64,000 nt of DNA from the human T2T-CHM13v2.0 reference genome, Homo sapiens: assembly GCF_009914755.1 (NCBI RefSeq), contig NC_060936.1, one strand, 5' to 3'. Made by a program: the position numbers and the translations under genes. Below are positions 32,549-51,336 of the stretch, one piece after another. Positions within the stretch are counted from its first letter, which is position 1, and each line of letters starts with the position of its first letter. Below the pieces are notes generated by a model, which was not told the origin of the DNA, searched no databases, and saw only the letters and a list, made by a program, of their open reading frames with translations.

Positions 32549-34344
32549 CTACATTGCTTTCTTATTTTAAGAAATTGCCATGGCCACACTAACCTTTGGG
32601 AACCACCACCCTGATTAGTCAGCAGCCATCAACATTGAGTCAAGACTTTCCATCAGCAAAAAGATTACTATTTGCTGAAGGCTCAGATGATCGTTAGCAT
32701 TTTTTAGCAATAAAATATTTTAAAATTAAGGTATATGCATTAATTTTTAATAATAATGCCATTGCACACTTAGAAGACTACAATATAATGTAAATATAAC
32801 TTTTATATGTACTTGGAAACAAAAAATGTGTGTGACTCTCTCTTTATTGAGATATTGGCTTTATTGCATAAGGTATGCCTATACTTTTTTGAGACTCAAC
32901 ATCTACATTTGAAACCCATATATATATATATGGCAGATGTGTAGAAAAAGCTCAGGGTTTGGAATTAGATAAACCAGTACTATATCTCGGCTTTACCAGT
33001 TACTACTAGCACTTTGGGATAACCTCTTTCATCTGCCAATTTGTGTAAAGATGAACTGATAATGGAAATAATACACTTAATGTGACTGGCAAGCAGTAAT
33101 TGCTTGGTTCGTATTCATTACCTTCTCCTTTACCCCCTTTCTCCTTTCTTTTCTTCTTTGCACCACATATGTTGGAAAAGATCTTTTAAGGTTTTGACCG
33201 ATATTCTACTTCATGAAAAATTACGGGGTAGAAACTATGGTTTTAAAGAGATCACTTTTCCAGATCAGGAAATTCCTTTATGTAGCAGATTAAGTTCTTG
33301 TCCCTTCTCCAACTCCTCATCCTACTTCCTTTTAATTCTATTTATTCTTTAGATCTTACAGAAAACAGGAACAACTAGACCATGTTATTTATCTTATTTT
33401 GTCATATATCCGCAAACCTCTTTGAGACACCTCAACCAGCTTTTGTCAAAGGAGCAGGAAAGAAAAATGCATAAACAGGAAAACTATTCATACAGGCAAA
33501 TGGATTGAGAGAAAGGTACAGACGGGAAAGGAGGAAAAGACAAATTAAAAATTTTTTAAATGAAAAAGAGAATTCTCAGGCAACTATAGTATCCTTATGG
33601 AGGGGCCTGGCTTTTCTTACTTCCTCTTCTGGAGTCAAATAAAAAATACAAATTGAAAAAAAAAGGAGAAAGAAGGAAAACAAATAAACCATGAGGCAGA
33701 TAAAAAGAAAAAACAAAACAGATGAGCAGAAAACAGAAGAAGTGTAAAAGAGAAATAAGGTGAGAAAGTTAGAAATAAGAGGAGATCAAGGCTCAGTTGT
33801 GAAAAACATAAAAATTGTGACAATCTTTCCCATTTCTGTGACTCTCCAAGGTTTATATCCTCCCATATGCGCCTCATGACAACCTGTGAGGGAGTTGGTG
33901 CTCTAAAAAGGTGCTAATAATGTGTCTTCATGATAGAGAAATGGCACCTCAGGCAACTTCTCAAGTAGCTAAAGGGGGACAGAGGCAAGACTCTAATTAT
34001 GGCTTTTTAGTATCAGAACCTCTGTGGATCAAGGCTACTTAAGAATAAATTATTAAAACTAAAAGAAATTACCTGGCTCCTAGAACAGTGCCCTTTTTAC
34101 TATTCCTGTTGAAAGAAGATGAAATGGTGGCGGGGGTGGGGTGTGTCTAGAGAGATGAGAGACATGGGAAAAGCAGACAGAGAGCTATAACAAGAGACAG
34201 AAAAACAAAAACAAAAACAAAAACAAAAAAACCAGAAAGGCAAAAGCCAAATAGGAAACAGATTGAGAGGCCCACATGAGCATAATGGCACATGTCCTTG
34301 GATCATGAGGAATCAGCTTCCCAATCCAGGAGTTTGGAATCCTC

Positions 34345-34788
34345 TTACCTCAGCCAGGTGGCTCTGAGAACACTTGGTCTTTTCAGGCTCTTTCTACCCT
34401 GTACATAGGTCAAAACCAGGCTGGCCCTCTCAGTCACACCCAAGCCATCTGCCCTCAGCCAGAGCCAGGAAGGGAGGTGGTGAGACAGAGATCCTGATGG
34501 AAACACAGAGGGGAAATAGAGAGGCAGAAGCAACTAACCAGAGAGAGTTGGGACAACAGAGAGGGAGAAACAGAGCAAGTGGGGAGGTCAACAGTGTCAA
34601 GATCTGTGACATCTCTCCCATGGTCACTGTGTTCAGAGTCCTGGTGTGATCTGAACAGGTGGCTGCTGAGGGAGCCAGGGAGTGTTCATCACATGGGTTG
34701 CTCACAGATGCAGGATGAGCTTTCACTGCAGCAGCGAGCACATTCACTGACCTTGTTCACGAGCTTTTGCACAGGCTGGTGAAGACAT
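34345..34788 (-). CDS. Candidate spliced small ORF (34788-34752 + 34493-34345), ~61 aa MSSPACAKAREQGSLSHHLPSWLWLRADGLGVTERASLVLTYVQGRKSLKRPSVLRATWLR
   Basis: Same ATG, splice positions and frame as module A; 22/35 N-terminal residues identical; no recognised homolog. Confidence 0.27.
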
Positions 34789-34797
34789 TGGTTGTGC

Positions 34798-34858
34798 TGA
34801 CGTCAGGCTCAGGGTGAAGGTGCAGTGAGTTCTGGTGCAAACCAGCTGCTCATTTATA
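34798..34858 (-). promoter_or_regulatory. TATAAA + E-box (CAGCTG) + perfect CRE palindrome TGACGTCA
   Basis: Exact motifs present; function inferred. Confidence 0.5.
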
Positions 34859-36189
34859 GTGGTGTGAGTGCCTGCACACACACAACACACACACACACAC
34901 ACACACACACAGCAAGACATCCAATGTGCTCTTACCATCAGGGAGGTAGAAGATGCCTTTCATTGATCACAGACAGGAAAGTGACTCAAACAGATGAGCA
35001 ACCCTTTCTGGATGTCCACCTTAGTATGACCAGATCTCAGGGGTGCAAGCAGATTAGACCAACCCTAGGATCCTCAGGGAGACTTGTCCGTTGGCAAAGG
35101 GCCTTGGAATTTCTGAGACAGTTTCAGATTTCCCAGGCAGAATCTTTTCCCAACCCAAGACTGCTGTTTGAAAGAACCATGAGTCAGGTTATTTCCATGT
35201 TTCCTGCCCCCATATGCTAGACAAAAGACTCCCATCTGCAGAGTTAGAACCTACATAGAACCGATCACCCTGATCCCCAACTCAAGGCATTTAGGGAGAT
35301 TTAGTTTAACATGGGACTCCAGAAATTGCAAAGGATAGTAAGTTTACTAATTCATTACCATGTAGTGCTTCTATCTCTCTGGATATGAAAAAGTAGCAGA
35401 GGAACTTGAGAGGCTGTGTTTTCTGAATAATCCATATCAACTCTTTCATCTTCCCATTAGGCTGCTCCAGACAAACTTTTCTAGTTGTTTGAAACTACCA
35501 AAAGTCTTTGAAAAAAATATTGATTCAATCCTCTTTGTACCAGTTTCCTTACATATCTCTTTTAATCTTCATACCAAGATTCAAAAAGATCAAGTGACTT
35601 GCCTAGTATCATACAGCTGAATAAGAGGAGACATAGCAAGGCCTTGCACCCAGGTTGGCCATGGGTCATAATCTTTCAACTACATCTGGCTAATTGTCCC
35701 TTTCTTTCTTGTTCAGAGGTTGCCAGGAAAGATGCATCCACAAATTCTTTTAGCATCTTCTATGTAGCATTATTTTTCTGTGTGCTACTTGGATTATCTC
35801 CATCAGGATCTAACAGTGACCCTTGTTGAAAAGGCAGATTCTCTGGTCCAACTTCAGAACTCATGAATCAGAATCTCAGAGAATGTACCAGGCAGAATAT
35901 ATCAGCAAATTCCCAAAACAGAAACCAAGCAGGTCACATCTGCTGATCCCAATGCAATACATTAAAACACAAAAATAAAAGGATCATTAAAAATAAAAAA
36001 CAGATGGATATGTTTATGGCATTAATTGTGGTAATGGTTTTGTGGGTGTATACTTATCTCCAAAATTCATCAACTTGTATATATTAAATATGTACAGCTT
36101 TTTGTATGTCAGTCATAACTCAGTAAAGTGGTTTAAAATAAACAATAACAAAAATGAAGTTAATTTTTGCCCAAAAAAGGTAATAAAAA

Positions 36190-39130
<2,941 letters not shown>

Positions 39131-39974
39131 TGTATCGTCTTTTGAAAACTGGAAAAGGTCAATGAGAGAACAACCTCACTGCTCAACACACTCTGTAGCC
39201 CACCCCAAGTCTTTTCTTTTCAGTGCCTTTTTCCATGCATCCTGTCTCCCTGATCACTTGTCATTTAGTTGTTCTTTAATTGTCCTCTCCATACAGTTTC
39301 CTCATCCCTAGGAAATTTTGGAATGATGACAGACCCCAAGATTATGGCTAGAGCACGGCTAGGGATAAAAGTAACTGAAATAAAATAAAAAAGTCCAATA
39401 CTCATTTTGTAAAATAAGAATTAAAAAGGAAAAATGTGTTGTCATATTTTGATAAAATATTAAATATTTCTTCCAACCATTCCCTCTGTAGTCCCTCCTT
39501 CCATCTTCTTTACTAAAATGGAGATTTCTTTCACAGGAGTGTTACCCGTGATGCCAGGTGCAGGTGAAAGAAGTTGGAATTGAAAAGAGCAGCAAAAAAT
39601 GTACTGCTTTTTAGTGCATAAGATCATGAAAATATTGCACTGTGAGGGGAAAAGGTTGGTTTTCAGAGTTGGACTCTGTTGTCACCAAGAGAAGCACCAA
39701 GAAAGGGTGTGGATAACTTACAGTCTGCTCATTATAGTCATCTTAGCAAAGTATATTTTTCAAATAATTTTGCATAATCTTTCAACAGGCTTATTCTTGT
39801 CATATTTTGTCATTTCTCTCACCCACATCATCTTAATATTGTAAGCCTTATATTCCTCCAAATAACCTATATGTTATCTTTGAACTGAAATGAACTATTA
39901 GGGAGCTGCACATTAACAGCTCTATTCCTGCTCCATCTCTTTTTTTTCTACAATAAGCATTTATTTATTCTTTA

Positions 39975-40375
39975 AATTTTTTTTTAATTTTATCCATCTC
40001 CTCTAGGATTTCTAGTTTATCCTCTTTGCCTATAGGTTTTTGGGGAACCAGGTGGTACTTGATTACATGAGTAAGTTCCTTAGTGGTGATTTGTGAGATT
40101 TTGATGCACCCATCACCTGAGCAGTATACACTGAACTCAATGTGTAGTCTTTTATCCCTCACCACCTTCCCAACCTTTCCCCCTGAGTCCCCAAAGTACA
40201 TTGCATCATTCTTATGCCTTTGCATCCTCATAGCTTAGCTCCCACTTATGAGTGAGAATATATGATGTTTGGTTTCCGTTACTGAGTACTTCACTTGGAA
40301 TAATAGTCTCCAGTTCCATCCAGGTTGTTGCAAATGCCATTAATCCATTCCTTTTTATGGCTGAGTAGTATTCTC
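39975..40375 (-). mobile_element. L1PB1 3' end
   Basis: Reverse complement of the same 3'UTR seen at 17300-17650. Confidence 0.88.
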
Positions 40376-40480
40376 ATATATATATGGGAATTATATATAT
40401 ATTTTTTATATATATATTTATATATATATATACACACCGCATATCACATATATATACCACATATATATACCACATATATA
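40376..40480. repeat. (TA)-rich tract
   Basis: Directly visible. Confidence 0.9.
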
Positions 40481-42082
40481 TCTGGAGGAAAAATAACAAA
40501 ACTGGAGAAATCACATTACCTGGCTTCAAATTACACTACAGTTTCTATAGTGACTACAACAGCACAAAAACAAACACATAGACTAATGGAACAGAATAGA
40601 GAACCCAGAAAAAAAATCTACAGTGAACTCATTTTCAACAAAGATGCCTAGAGCATACACTGGGGAAAAGACAGTCTCTTCAATAAATGGTGCTGGGAAA
40701 ACTGGCTATTCATATGCAGAAGAATGAAACTAGACTCCTATCTCTCACTATACAAAAAAATGAAATAAAAATGGATTAAAGACTTAAGTCTAAGACCTCA
40801 AACTGTGAAACTACTAAAGAAAACATTGGGGAAACTTTCCAGGACATTGGCCTGGGCAAAAATTTCTTGAGTAATACCCCGTAAGCACAGGAAACCAAAG
40901 CAAAAATCAAGTTAAAAACCTTCTGCACAGCAAAAGAAACAATTTAAAAAGTGTAGAGATAACCCACAGAATGGGAGAAGATATTCACAAAGTACTCATC
41001 GACGAGGGATTAATAACCTGAATATATAAGGAATTCAAACAATTCTATAGAAAAAAATCTACTAAATGGATTTTAAAATGGGCAAAAGATCTGAATTTCT
41101 CAATAGACACTGCTCAATAGAAGACACACAAATGGCAAACAGGCATATGAAAAGATGCTCAACATCATTGATTATCAGACAAACGGACATTAAAACTACA
41201 ATGAGGTATCATCTCACTCCAATTGAAATTGCATTTATCCAAAAGATAGGTAATAACAAATGCTGGAGAGGATATGGAGAAAAGATGTACGCTGTTGGTC
41301 GGAATGTAAATTAGTACAACCACTATGGAAAAGAGTTTGGAGTTTCCTCAAAAAAACTAAAAATGGAGCTACCATATGATCCAGCAATCCCACTGCTGGG
41401 TATATACCCCAAATAAAGGAAATCAGTATATCGAAGAGGTATCTGCGCTCCCATGTTTGTGGCAGCTCTATTTACAATAGCCAAGATGTGGAAGCAACCT
41501 AAGTGTCCATCAACAGATGAATGAATAAAGAACAAGCGGTACTTATACACAATGGAGTACTATTCAGCCAATGAAAAGAATGAGATCCTGTCATTTGCAA
41601 TAACATGGATGGAAGTGAAGGTTATTGTGTTAAGTGAAATAAGCCAGGCACAGAAAGACAAACATCACATATTCTTCCTTATCTGTGGGATCTAAAAACT
41701 AAAACAATTGAACTCATGGAGATAGAGAGTAGAAAGATGGTTACCAGAGGCTAGGAAGGGTAGTTGGGGGTACATGGGGGAAGTCAGGGTGGCTAATGCT
41801 TACCAAAAAAGAAAGAAAGAAAGAAAGAAAGAATAAATAAGACTTAGTATTTGATAGCATAACAGAGTGACTATAGTCAAAATAATTTAGTTGTACATTT
41901 AAAAATAGCCAAAAGAGTATAATTGGATTGTTTGTAACACAAAGGTTAAATGCTTGAGGGGATGGATACCCCATTTTCCATGATGTGATTATTACAAATT
42001 GCAAGCCTGTATCAAAATATCTCCTTTATCCGATAAATATATATACCTACTATATACCCACAAAAATTAAAAATTAAAAAAA
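40481..42082 (+). mobile_element. L1MA2/3-like 3' portion
   Basis: ORF2 C-terminal remnants and L1MA 3'UTR (gatggataccccattttccatgatgtgattattac). Confidence 0.88.
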
Positions 42083-42099
42083 TGATAAAGCAAATTAAC

Positions 42100-43300
<1,201 letters not shown>

Positions 43301-43421
43301 TAACATTTTTCTTTTACATTAAGTAATATTTAATTTTTATGTTAATATATTTCCTAACTGAGCCAAATAGAATTAGGATATTCTCTGGTTGTAAAGCTTT
43401 TTGTTTTTCCTGGAGTAAATC

Positions 43422-43630
43422 CCTTTTTCTTTTCTTGTTTAGAGAGGGGGACTTGCTGTTTCACCAAGGCTGGAGGGCAGTGGCGTGATTTTAGCTCACT
43501 GCAGCCTCGAACTCCTGAACCCAAGCGATCCTCCCACCTAAGCCTCCTGAGTAGCTGGGAATACAGGTGCTTGCCACTGCACCTGGTTAATTTTTTTTTC
43601 TAGAGACGTATTTCATCTTGTTGTCCAGGG
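43422..43630 (-). mobile_element. Partial AluJ
   Basis: Diverged Alu right arm plus linker. Confidence 0.8.
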
Positions 43631-43739
43631 TGGTATACTTTTTACTTTTTCTCATTTGGTTAGGTTTCTACACATCTATTTTTAATTTATTCCCAATCTC
43701 TCCAAGAAAACTTTTTCATCTTGATGTTTTAATTTTATT

Positions 43740-44520
43740 TTAAATAATGCTCTTAATGGAAATGTTCAGATATTCAAAAAATAGAATAGAATAAATTTTT
43801 ATGTTCCCATCATTCTGCTTCAACAGTGACCAACACATCTTCAATCTTGTTTCATCTATACCCTCACCTCACTCTCTAATCTCCACTAAATTATTTTGAA
43901 ACAAATTCCAAACATCATACAATTTCATTCATAAATACTTCAGTATGTATTTCTAAGATAAGAAATCTTAAAATTAGCATCACAATCACACCGTTATCTT
44001 ACCTAAAAATTCTTTAAAATTTCTTAATAACTTCAAGTCCAGTCAATGTCCATATTTCCTAATTATCTTCTATATTGTGATTGGTTGATGTATCTGTAAG
44101 TCTCTTAATCTATACTGCTCTTCTGCCATATATTTTTCTTATTATTCTAACTTTTGTTGAATAAATCAGATTATTTGTCCTGAATGATGTTACATACTTG
44201 GGATTTTGCTGATTGCCTTTCTGTGGTGGTCTTTAACATTATTCTGTCCCGTGTATTTTCTGTAAATTGGCAATTAGATCTAGAGGCTTATCAGGTTCAT
44301 GTTTGATTTTTTTCTTCTAAGACTGCTTTATAATTGGTGTTGGATACTTCCACCAGGAAGCATATAATGTCTGACTTTCTCTCTTTTTGTGCTGTCAGCT
44401 ATTAATAATTGTTAGGTCCAGGAATTCATTATGGGCTGTAAAATGTTGATATTCTAATTCTATTATTTCATCTTTGACTTTAGAGAGAAAATTCCTCTCA
44501 TCAATTATTCGATTACCTAC
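43740..44520 (-). mobile_element. Old L1MC/MD-like 3' fragment
   Basis: attattttgaaacaaattccaaacatcatacaatttcatt and related 3'UTR motifs. Confidence 0.6.
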
Positions 44521-45031
44521 CAGTCGCTACATCAATACCTCTCCAATCACTTTGATTGTCTGAAGCTTATTCTGTCATAGATTCCTCAGCAAAAAATTCT
44601 TTTGGGTTCTTGCATACATAACAGCTTGAGTGTGATCTTTATAGTTAAAGTTCAGTTTAGTTAGATAATTCATGGCTCACCTTTTCTATCTTGACTGCCT
44701 AAAATACGTTAATCTGTTGTTTTCTGGTGTACAGCATTATTACTGACAATGTGATGACAATCTGGTTTTTTTCCCTTATCAGTGACTTTGTCTATTTGTA
44801 TGGATGCCCAGAGGGTTTTTAAAAAATTTTGTTTAAAATCTTATTATTTTACAGACTATGTCTTGATAGTGACCATTCCGAATCCATTTTCTCAGGTACA
44901 CAGTATTTTCTTCTTACATGGACATTCAAGTAATTTTTTTATTTTAGGAAAGTTTTTTATTGTTGTTATAGTTTTTAGGATTTCTTATGTTCCATTGCTT
45001 AAATTTTCTACTTTGGGGATTCCTGTTATGC

Positions 45032-46665
<1,634 letters not shown>

Positions 46666-46961
46666 TATATTTGTGTTAGATCTTCTTTTTTTATATTTGA
46701 AATTCATTATTTTTCCTTTATCTTTTTAAAAACCTTTTTAAGATTTCTCTTTTTAAATTGAGATAAAATATACGTGCATAAAGGTGGCCAAATCAGTGAG
46801 TTTTTTACAAAATGTATGTAGTTGTATAACCAAGTATCCCAATGAAGATGTAGAACATTTCCATCATCCTAGAAATTTTCTTTGTGTCGTATTCTAGTTC
46901 ATTTCTCTAAAGCTCAGAGGCAACCACTTTTCTTGAATTTCATGTAAATATAATTACATAG

Positions 46962-47258
<297 letters not shown>

Positions 47259-47592
47259 TGAAATGAATATATCACAACTGTTCATTTATTCTGCTGATGA
47301 TAGACATTTGGGTAGTTTCCAGCTTTTCACTATAATGAATAAAAGTTCTGTAAACACTTGTGGATGTATGTTTTTATTTCTCTTGGGTAAATACCAAAAA
47401 GTAGAATTGCTGGATCATATAGTGGGTGTATGTTTAACTTTACAGAAAACTGCCAGTTTTCCAAAGTGAGTGTACCATTTCATACTCCCACTAGTAACAT
47501 ATCAGAGTGGGTGAGAAGTGGTGTTTCATTATGATTTTAATTTGCATTTTGCCTGCAACTAATACTGAGAATCCTTTTATATGTTTTTTTAG

Positions 47593-47906
<314 letters not shown>

Positions 47907-48064
47907 CTACATCTTTTGTGAAGTGTCTGTTCAAGTCCTCTGCCCATGTTTTGAAACTGTTGTCATTGTAGGACTTCTATGAATGTTCTGGATACAATTC
48001 TTTTATTTGACAAACAGACTGTAAATATTTTCAACTGGTCTGTGATTTGCCTTTTCATTTTTTA

Positions 48065-48375
<311 letters not shown>

Positions 48376-49096
48376 AAGTATCTTTCAAACAGCAAAAATG
48401 TTAATTTTGATATCTAATGTATCAATTTTTAATTTCTAATTATTATTTTGGTGTCTATTATAAGAAATCTTTGGCTCCTCAAGGTTGCAAGACATTCTTC
48501 TATATATACCTAAAAATTTTAATATTTCAGATTTACATTTATTTCTATGATTCATCTTGAATTAATTTTTATTTTCAGAAAGATGTCAATATTGAGCCAA
48601 GATTGATTTGTTTTCCTATACGTTTGTCAACTTGTTCTACTACCATTTATTGAAAAGCTTTCCTTTCCTCATTGAATTGTCTTGGAAACTTTGTTGAAAA
48701 TAAATTCACCACATATATGTAGGTTTAATTCCAAATTCTTTGTTCTGTTCCTTTGATACTGTAGTGTAACTCCTCCAACTTTGTTCTTTTCCCAGATAGC
48801 TCTAAACATTCTAGGTTCTTTGGCTTCCCACAAAAATTTTAAAATTACTTTGTCCATTTCAACAAAAGATCTTGCTGAGATTTTGAATGGAATTGCATGA
48901 ACTCTATAGGGCAATTTTAGAAAAATCGATGTCTTAATAATATTGAGTCTTCAAATCCTTAAACAATGTATTTCTCTTCATTTATTTAGGTCTTTTAAAT
49001 TCATATCAGCAGTGTTTCATAGGTCAATGTCAAGATCTTATATATCTTTTGTTAAATTTATATATAAATATATCATGTTATTGGATAGCATTGTAA

Positions 49097-49530
49097 TTTT
49101 TTTAACTTTCATTTTAGGTTTGGGAGTACATGTGCAGATTTGTTATATAGGTAAACTCATGTAATGGGGGCTTGTTGTATAGATTATTTTGTCACCTAGG
49201 TACTAAGCCAAGTATCCAGTAGTTATTCTTTCTGTTTCTCACCCTCCTCCCACCCTTCACCCTCCTCCCACCCTTCACCCTCCTCCCACCCTTCACCCTC
49301 CTCCCACCCTTCACCCTTCAAGCCCTGGTGTTTGTTGTTCCCTTCTTTGTGTTCATGAGTTCTCATAATTTACCTCCCACTTATAAGTGAGAATATGTGG
49401 TTTTGGTCTTCTGTTCTTGCGTTAGTTTGCTAAGGATGATGGCCTCCAGCTCCATCCATGTTTCTGCAAAAGACATAGGGCTGTACAGTATTCCATGGTG
49501 TATATATGCCACGTTTTCTTTATCCAATTT
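49097..49530 (-). mobile_element. L1PA 3' end with an 18-bp tandem repeat (caccctcctcccaccctt) at ~49240-49320
   Basis: L1PA 3'UTR; about 4 tandem copies visible. Confidence 0.85.
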
Positions 49531-50404
49531 TTCCCAGTTGTTTGTGGCTATAATATAGAAATACCATAGAAATTTATATATAAATAATGCATCATATGAC
49601 TTTGCTATATTCACTTATTACTGCTAATAGCTTTATGTAGATTGCTTAGGACTTTATATGAATGCAGTCATGTTGTCTATAGTTAAAGACAATTTGTATT
49701 CTTCCTTTACACTCCTCATAACTGCAGCTTCTTTTTTCTTACTTTATTGCACTGGCCAGAAATCCAGTGTTACATTGAATAAAAAATGCAAGAGTGGAAA
49801 TACTTTTTAAAAATTCCACATTTGAGGGAAAAGTTTTCAACATTTTATCTTAAGTATGATGTGAACTATAGGGTTTTTTTTGTTTTGTTTATTCATTTTT
49901 TGGTAGATTTATTTTGTTAGATCAAGGACATCCACCTTTAGTATTTCAAATTTATTTTCTTGAGGTCTGCAATGTACCTCCAAAGATTTTTAAATTTCCT
50001 GTGTTTTAACAGTTATCATTTCTTTTGATATGTTTATTCTTTCTCTTTTTTTTCTTAGTTGGGTTAGGTAATAGTTTATTTTGTTTCAAACAATCAGGAT
50101 TTTCATTTATTAAGTAAATATATCTTTTTCTGTTCTTCATTAATTTTTTATTTTATCTGTATTTATTATGCTTTTTCTTTTACTTTATTATTCTAGCTTT
50201 ATAAATTATAAATTTAATTGATTTATTTTCATTATTTCATTTTTATTAATGTATATGTTTAAAGCCTTAAAATTTTGTCCGATCACTGCTTTAAATGTAC
50301 TCTATAAATTCTTAAATGTCATGTTTTTTATTATAATTACTTTTTGGAAACTCTTGTTATTTTGGTTGTATGTCACCCTGGAATTGTTGGATAAAATGTT
50401 TTAA

Positions 50405-50730
50405 GGCTGGGTGCGGTGGCTCACGCCTGTAATCTCAGCACTTTAGGAGGCTGAGGTGGGCAGGTCACCTGAGGTAAGGAATTCGAGATCAGCCTGTCCA
50501 ACATGGTGAAACACTGTCTCTACTAAAAACACAAAAATCAGCTGGGCACGTTGGCAGGCACCTATAATCCCGGCTACCTGGGAGGCTGAGGCAGGAGAAA
50601 CACTTGAACCCAGGAAGCGGAGGTTGCAGTGAGCCAAGATAGTGCCATGCACTACAGCTTGGGTGACAGAGCAAGACTCCATCTCAAAAAGTAAAAAATA
50701 AAAAATAAAAATAAAATAAATAAAATAAAA
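50405..50730 (+). mobile_element. AluSx-like
   Basis: Full dimer; TSD ataaaatgttttaa. Confidence 0.93.
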
Positions 50731-50977
50731 TGTTTTAAAATATTCTAGTGGAACTTTTTAAAATTTTAATTGTTGCTTATTTATGGTTTTATTATGTTGA
50801 GATCAGAGTAATTTTTGTAATATTTTTACTTTAACTTAAATAATACTTTCTTTATGACCTAATATGTAATCAACTTCTGTGAATTTCCCTCTTTACTAGA
50901 GAAAAGTGTAGTATCTATTATTAGGATATACTCCAATATGTCTCCACATGATCTACTTACTTGTTAAGTTGTATAGG

Positions 50978-51336
50978 TGTATTAGTCTGTTCTCACATTG
51001 CTATAAAAAAACTACCCAAGACTGCATAATTTGAAAGAAAAGAGGTTTAATTGGCTTATGGTTCTACAGGCTGTACAGGAAGCATGGCTGGGGAGGCCTC
51101 AGGAAACTTATAAGAATGGCAGAAGGTGAAGGGGAAGCAGGCATGTCTTACATGCTGGAGCAGGAGGAAGAGAGAGAAAGGGGAAGGCTACATGCTTTTA
51201 AACAACCGGATCTCATGAGATCTCAGTCACTATCACAAGAACAGCAAGGGGGAACTCCCACCAGGGCCCCCCTCCAACACCAGGGATTATAATTTGACAT
51301 GAGATTTGGGTGGGGACACAAATCCAAAACATATCA
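50978..51336 (-). mobile_element. MST (MaLR) solo LTR
   Basis: tgtattagtctgttctcacattgctataaa ... gagatttgggtggggacacaaatccaaaacatatca. Confidence 0.88.

Larger units (their letters stand above)
34190..34911 (-). other. Paralogous module B (putative promoter / exon 1 / intron / exon 2), inverted homolog of 31-790
   Basis: (CA)n at ~34874-34911, TATAAA 34858-34853, CAGCTG 34843-34848, ATG 34788, donor 34752/34751, acceptor 34494, second donor GAG|GTAAGA 34349/34348. Confidence 0.85.

Noticed and set aside
34600-34633. CACAGTG heptamer suggesting an Ig/TCR V-gene RSS
   Set aside because: No nonamer at 12- or 23-bp spacing and no Ig V-domain reading frame upstream.
34634-34693. Box C (GTGATGA) and box D (CTGA) on the minus strand in module B's intron, as a possible C/D snoRNA
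   Set aside because: There is no terminal stem and both boxes are absent from paralog A.
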